DNA of 64,000 bases, from positions 14,109 to 78,108 of the forward strand of contig DJOI01000074.1 in NCBI GenBank assembly GCA_002439605.1, written 5' to 3'. This DNA is from Candidatus Segatella mututuai (GTDB lineage Bacteria; Bacteroidota; Bacteroidia; Bacteroidales; Bacteroidaceae). The notes under the pieces are model-generated. The model was not told the DNA's origin, did no database searches, and saw only the letters and a list, made by a program, of their open reading frames with translations. Numbering within the stretch: the first letter of the stretch is position 1; each line of letters begins with the position of its first letter. The translations under genes and the position numbers were made by a program. This document shows positions 59,503-64,000 of this stretch, one piece after another.

Positions 59503-59895
59503 CTATCTCATTTTCCACTTTTTCTCCACCTCTACCATGGGCACGACAACCTGCTCCTTGGTACCGTCTCCATAAGTTATGGATAGGTAGACATCAGCTA
59601 TATGATGTGTCGTATCAGCCTTGGCATCAAGCACCTGAAAATCTTTCATACCACGATGCTCTTTCTCCTGCTGCTCTACAAACATCTTGGCATTAAGCAC
59701 CAACTGCCGACGATATTCCTCGGGAACACGACGAGGCATGTTTTGACCAGCCACAAATTCATCATACTTGCCTTCCAACAACAAGTCATAGTAACCTTTG
59801 GCTGCTATACCCGCATAATAGCCTGGGTTCTGCACATTCTCCTTGCAAGAGAATAATGACACAACACAAAATAGGAAAAATAAGATTTTCTTCAT
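59503..59895 (-). CDS. Hypothetical lipoprotein (NTF2/DUF4878-like pattern)
   Basis: MKKILFFLFCVVSLFSC lipobox; C-terminal ADVY...YGDG.KE...PMV....WKM. Confidence 0.7.
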   Translation of the reverse strand: MKKILFFLFCVVSLFSCKENVQNPGYYAGIAAKGYYDLLLEGKYDEFVAGQNMPRRVPEEYRRQLVLNAKMFVEQQEKEHRGMKDFQVLDAKADTTHHIADVYLSITYGDGTKEQVVVPMVEVEKKWKMR

Positions 59896-59952
59896 TTCAA
59901 TAGTTCTGCCTTTGTAAGTTCTCTCCACATATTCTTACCTTGAGATCCAGTG

Positions 59953-61266
59953 TTATTTCTGGCGAATAAAAATATTGATAGGACAACCATGAAGCGACCA
60001 ATTCTCGCGTATTTTGTTCTCCAAGAAGCGCCGATAGTTCTCCTTCACATACTGAGGCAAATTGGCATAGAACACAAACGAAGGAATCGTTGTATTTGGC
60101 AACTGGGTACAATACTTGATCTTGATGTACTTGCCCTTCACACTCTGTGGAGGATAAGCCTCGATAATGGGCAACATCACCTCATTCAGTTTGGAAGTTC
60201 CAATATGTGCCTTTCGGTTTTGATAAACCTGCTTGGCTGTTTCCAACACCTTGAAAATACGTTGTTTGGTCAATGCCGAAGCAAAGATTATAGGGAAATC
60301 TACAAATGGAGCCATGCGATTGCGTATCGCCGTCTCAAAAGTCGTAATCACCTTCTGATCCTTGTTCTCCACCAAATCCCATTTATTGACAACTACCACC
60401 AAGCTCTTATTGTTCTTCTGGATTAACTGAAAGATATTCATATCCTGGGCTTCGATACCCCGGGTGGCATCGAGCATTAAGATGCAGACATCACTGTTCT
60501 CAATGGCACGGATAGAACGCATCACTGAATAAAACTCCAAATCCTCACTCACCTTGTTCTTGCGACGGATACCTGCGGTATCTACCAAATAGAAGTCGAA
60601 GCCGAACTTGTTGTATCGAGTATAGATGCTGTCGCGGGTTGTACCAGCGATCTCTGTCACTATATTTCTGTCCTCTCCTATGAAAGCATTGATAATACTG
60701 CTCTTGCCTGCATTAGGACGACCCACGACCGCAAAACGAGGAATATCCTCTTCTATGCTTTCCTCTGGATTATCCTGCAACTTGTCCAATATCATATCGA
60801 GCAAGTCACCTGTACCTCCACCAGTAGCCGCACTGATGCACTGAGGGTCACCCAAACCTAACTTATAGAATTCGGCTGCTTCATAATATTCCGCACTGTT
60901 GTCCACCTTATTGGCCACAAGGATAACAGGCAACTTGGCACGGCGCAGAATCAGTGCCACATCCTCGTCCCAGTCAGTCAAGCCTGTGTTCACATCCACC
61001 AAGAAGAGTACCAAATCTGCCTCTTCTGTCGCTACCAGCACCTGCTTGCGGATAGCATCCTCGAAAATATCATCTGATTTCACCACCCAACCACCAGTGT
61101 CTACCACAGAGAATTCTCTTCCATTCCAGCTACATTTACCATACTGACGGTCGCGGGTCGTACCAGCAGTATCGCTTACAATAGCACGGCGAGATTGAGT
61201 TAATCGATTGAATAAAGTAGACTTGCCAACGTTTGGACGACCTACAATTGCTACTAAATTTGCCAT
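59953..61266 (-). CDS. der: Ribosome biogenesis GTPase Der (EngA)
   Basis: Two G domains ([16 protein letters not shown] and [16 protein letters not shown]) plus a KH-like tail. Confidence 0.98.
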   Translation of the reverse strand: MANLVAIVGRPNVGKSTLFNRLTQSRRAIVSDTAGTTRDRQYGKCSWNGREFSVVDTGGWVVKSDDIFEDAIRKQVLVATEEADLVLFLVDVNTGLTDWDEDVALILRRAKLPVILVANKVDNSAEYYEAAEFYKLGLGDPQCISAATGGGTGDLLDMILDKLQDNPEESIEEDIPRFAVVGRPNAGKSSIINAFIGEDRNIVTEIAGTTRDSIYTRYNKFGFDFYLVDTAGIRRKNKVSEDLEFYSVMRSIRAIENSDVCILMLDATRGIEAQDMNIFQLIQKNNKSLVVVVNKWDLVENKDQKVITTFETAIRNRMAPFVDFPIIFASALTKQRIFKVLETAKQVYQNRKAHIGTSKLNEVMLPIIEAYPPQSVKGKYIKIKYCTQLPNTTIPSFVFYANLPQYVKENYRRFLENKIRENWSLHGCPINIFIRQK

Positions 61267-61279
61267 AATAGTCATTTTA

Positions 61280-61424
61280 CTCCTTCCTTAAGGAGGCTGT
61301 CAGGACGTGGTCTCTGCATCCTAATTAATACTTTCCCGAAGCTGACCATGCTCCAGCCCTCGCCCTTTTGCGAGAGTCATCCCTCAATTACATTCAGGGG
61401 AAGATGGAAGATATACTCTCTTCC
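61280..61424 (-). ncRNA. Structured cis-leader upstream of der, probably the Prevotella engA RNA motif
   Basis: Six consecutive hairpins, several with G-U pairs only on the der-sense strand. Confidence 0.6.
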
Positions 61425-61475
61425 TCATCACTTTTTTGAGAATTCTTGACAACCAAAACACATCGACTTAAATTC

Positions 61476-62357
61476 TCACTCTGGATTATATCCAAAGGCA
61501 TCAAGTTCCTTCTGGGAACTGCGCCAATCCTTGTCTACCTTGACAAAGGTCTCGAGAAATATCTTTTTATTGAAAAATTTCTCCAATGACTTGCGCGACT
61601 CCGTATTCACCTTCTTCAGGGCCACTCCCTGATGTCCGATGATGATTCCTTTTTGCGAATCACGTTCCACATAAATAACCGCATTGATGTGGATACGCTC
61701 GCTTTCTTCCTTAAAACGCTCAACACGAACTTCCACAGAATAAGGAATCTCCTTGCTGTAATATAACAAAATTTTCTCTCTAATAATCTCTGAAACAAAA
61801 AACCTTGCTGGTTTGTCAGTGAGCTGGTCTTTATCAAAGAACGCTGGCGATTCGGGCAGCAACTCCTTGATACGTTTCAACAGCATATCAATACCAAACT
61901 TATTCCTTGCAGAAATAGGAAGAATTTCCGCATTGGGCAACAACACATGCCATTTCTCTACGATATCGCCCAATTTAGCCTGATCACTCTCGTCTATCTT
62001 GTTAACAAGCAAGAGCACAGGAATGCTCATTTTTTTCACCTTGTCTAAGAAATCCATATTCTTTTCTGGATTTTCTACGACATCGGTCACATAAAGCAGA
62101 ATATCAGCATCGGCCAAAGCACTCTCCGAAAAAGCGAGCATCATCTCCTGCATCTTGTAATTAGGTTTCAAGACCCCTGGAGTATCAGAAAATACAATCT
62201 GCATATCATCCGTATTGACAATTCCCATGATACGGTGACGTGTTGTCTGAGCCTTGAAAGTAGCAATGCTGATGCGCTCACCCACCAGTTGGTTCATCAG
62301 TGTACTTTTTCCGACATTAGGATTTCCGACAATGTTTACAAAACCTGCTTTATGCAT
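61476..62357 (-). CDS. era: GTPase Era
   Basis: [39 protein letters not shown] at 62357. Confidence 0.98.
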   Translation of the reverse strand: MHKAGFVNIVGNPNVGKSTLMNQLVGERISIATFKAQTTRHRIMGIVNTDDMQIVFSDTPGVLKPNYKMQEMMLAFSESALADADILLYVTDVVENPEKNMDFLDKVKKMSIPVLLLVNKIDESDQAKLGDIVEKWHVLLPNAEILPISARNKFGIDMLLKRIKELLPESPAFFDKDQLTDKPARFFVSEIIREKILLYYSKEIPYSVEVRVERFKEESERIHINAVIYVERDSQKGIIIGHQGVALKKVNTESRKSLEKFFNKKIFLETFVKVDKDWRSSQKELDAFGYNPE

Positions 62358-62375
62358 AACAATTTGATTTAAGCT

Positions 62376-62418
62376 AAAAAAACGCATCCCTTATGATGAT
62401 ATAAGAAAGATGCGTTTT
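62376..62418 (-). terminator. Stem-loop between fabH and era
   Basis: AAAACGCATC / GATGCGTTTT stem with an A run. Confidence 0.6.
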
Positions 62419-62448
62419 AATATGAATTTGGATATCTTTATCTGAAAC

Positions 62449-63462
62449 TTATTTACCGTAAGCTGCACCATCATAGGCCCACTTATAGTAAGAGGCCCCA
62501 TGCACAAAACCTGCACCGAATGCAGTAAAGATGACATTATCCCCCTTCTTCAGTTTGCTCTCAGCATCCCAAAGTGCTAAAGGAATTGTCGCAGCACTGG
62601 TGTTTCCATAATGGTCTATGTTGACAACAACCTTTTCCAAAGGAATACCCGCACGTTTTGTAACAGCCTCGATAATGCGAAGATTTGCCTCATGTGGGAT
62701 AACCCAATCCACATCATCAGCCGTAAGATTATTCATCTCCAAAACCTTCAACACATCGTTGCTCATATCCGTTACTGCATAACGAAATACAGTACGACCC
62801 TCTTGATAAAGATAGTGCATACGATGATCGACTGTAAAACGTGACGGAGGACAAACAGAACCACCTGCTTTCATATGAAGGAAAGGCAAACCTTTGCCAT
62901 CAGTACGAAGATATGAATTCCGAACACCCACATTCTCCTCTTCTGTCGCCTCCACAAGTACTGCACCTGCACCGTCACCGAAGAGTACACAAGTTGCACG
63001 ATCGGTATAGTCTACCAGTGAAGACATTTTATCTGCACCTATCACTATAATTTTCTTGTAACGGCCACTCTGAATCATGCTTGCTGCAACATCGAGAGTA
63101 TACAAGAAACCACAACAAGCAGCCGAGAAATCGAATGCAAATGCATTTTTCAAGCCCAACTTGCCCAATACGATAGATGCTGTCGAAGGGAATTTGTAGT
63201 CTGGCGTCGTGGTAGTCACAATCAATGCATCGATTGTATCTGGATCCACGCCAGTCTTCTGGATCAACTGCTTGGCAGCCTTACGAGCCAAATAACTTGT
63301 TCCGAGACCTTCCTCTGTCAAGATACGGCGCTCCTTGATACCAACTCGAGTGGTAATCCATTCATCGTTGGTATCCACCATGCGCGACAACTCCTCGTTA
63401 TTAAGGATATAGTCTGGCACATAGCCTCCCACGCCTGTTATAACAGCATTCATTTTACCCAT
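62449..63462 (-). CDS. fabH: Beta-ketoacyl-ACP synthase III
   Basis: DTNDEWI..RVGI.ERR, AACCGF, LFGDGAGA, PHEAN, GNTSAA, FGAG. Confidence 0.96.
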   Translation of the reverse strand: MGKMNAVITGVGGYVPDYILNNEELSRMVDTNDEWITTRVGIKERRILTEEGLGTSYLARKAAKQLIQKTGVDPDTIDALIVTTTTPDYKFPSTASIVLGKLGLKNAFAFDFSAACCGFLYTLDVAASMIQSGRYKKIIVIGADKMSSLVDYTDRATCVLFGDGAGAVLVEATEEENVGVRNSYLRTDGKGLPFLHMKAGGSVCPPSRFTVDHRMHYLYQEGRTVFRYAVTDMSNDVLKVLEMNNLTADDVDWVIPHEANLRIIEAVTKRAGIPLEKVVVNIDHYGNTSAATIPLALWDAESKLKKGDNVIFTAFGAGFVHGASYYKWAYDGAAYGK

Positions 63463-63647
63463 TATTCAGCTGCTTCCTTAACAATTGCAACCTTGCCCCT
63501 GTAGTAACCGCAAGTTGGACATACTGTGTGATATACATAGTAAGCACCGCAGTTAGGGCAAACTGCCAATGTAGGAGCTACTGCCTTATCATGAGTTCTT
63601 CTTTTGAGTGTACGTGTCTTTGACTGTCTTCTTTTAGGATGTGCCAT
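63462..63647 (-). CDS. rpmF: 50S ribosomal protein L32 (zinc-ribbon C+ form)
   Basis: MAHPKRRQSK, CPNCG...H.VCPTCGYY. Confidence 0.97.
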   Translation of the reverse strand: MAHPKRRQSKTRTLKRRTHDKAVAPTLAVCPNCGAYYVYHTVCPTCGYYRGKVAIVKEAAE

Positions 63648-63673
63648 AATTTTTTAATTTTAATTTTTGATTT

Positions 63674-64000
63674 TTACCTTTTTAATTTTAAAAGTGCTAC
63701 CCAGCGTGGATCCACAACTCCCTCATCCCCTTCACCGCTTCGGGCGGCAGAATGCTCTTTAAGCATCTCAATCATAGCAGGATTGCATTTTCCAGGTGCA
63801 TGCACGTGCTTGATGGGTATGTTGAGGGCTATAAATTCATAAATGAACCACGAGACATCGAGCGTTCCTTCGTTCTCGGCCACAGTCACGAGGTCATCAT
63901 CTTCCGAATAGTCTTCTCCGAATTTTACGAGTAACCTGTTGTCGGCATCAATGGACTGATCCACATCGTCCAAACAGATGTCGCATGGTATGTGCACCAC
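63674..64000 (-). CDS. DUF177/YceD-family protein, 5' end outside the window
   Basis: CDICL...LNIPIKHVH...C...DPRW..L..L; directly upstream of rpmF. Confidence 0.9.
   Translation of the reverse strand: MVHIPCDICLDDVDQSIDADNRLLVKFGEDYSEDDDLVTVAENEGTLDVSWFIYEFIALNIPIKHVHAPGKCNPAMIEMLKEHSAARSGEGDEGVVDPRWVALLKLKR

Noticed and set aside
62680..62700. FabH PHEAN instead of the usual PHQAN as a sign of inactivation
   Set aside because: Catalytic Cys, His and Asn motifs are all present; a single substitution is not informative.

Overview
Chromosomal window from a Bacteroidota genome, most likely Prevotella/Segatella-like. This assignment rests on TAnnTTTG/TTTG promoters, gene content, and the yceD-rpmF-fabH-era-der and tig-clpP-clpX-recQ-guaB-PPIase-ostA-mutL order. 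Most of the window is housekeeping: mltD, rel, a 2-oxoacid:ferredoxin oxidoreductase operon, trpS, purB, a pseudouridine synthase, asnS, ompA, lptB, mlaEF, and two identical inverted tRNA-Val(TAC) genes. Accessory parts are an orphan LicD/IspD-like/SDR trio, a decayed AraC-fimbrillin (type V pilus) island, a DUF3857/transglutaminase pair, an AAA-ATPase/PD-(D/E)XK gene flanked by a duplicated terminator, and a 1001-aa surface lipoprotein. The most unusual observations are: (1) a CopA-type P1B ATPase whose whole nucleotide-binding N domain is replaced by a 19-aa linker; (2) a 385-bp non-coding element with 22-bp terminal inverted repeats carrying four palindromes phased at 23 bp; (3) a sigma54-type promoter with paired palindromes upstream of hsp20; (4) a multi-hairpin RNA leader before der. 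No CRISPR array, rRNA, transposase, integrase or reverse transcriptase was seen. Family assignments come from motif recognition, not database searches.
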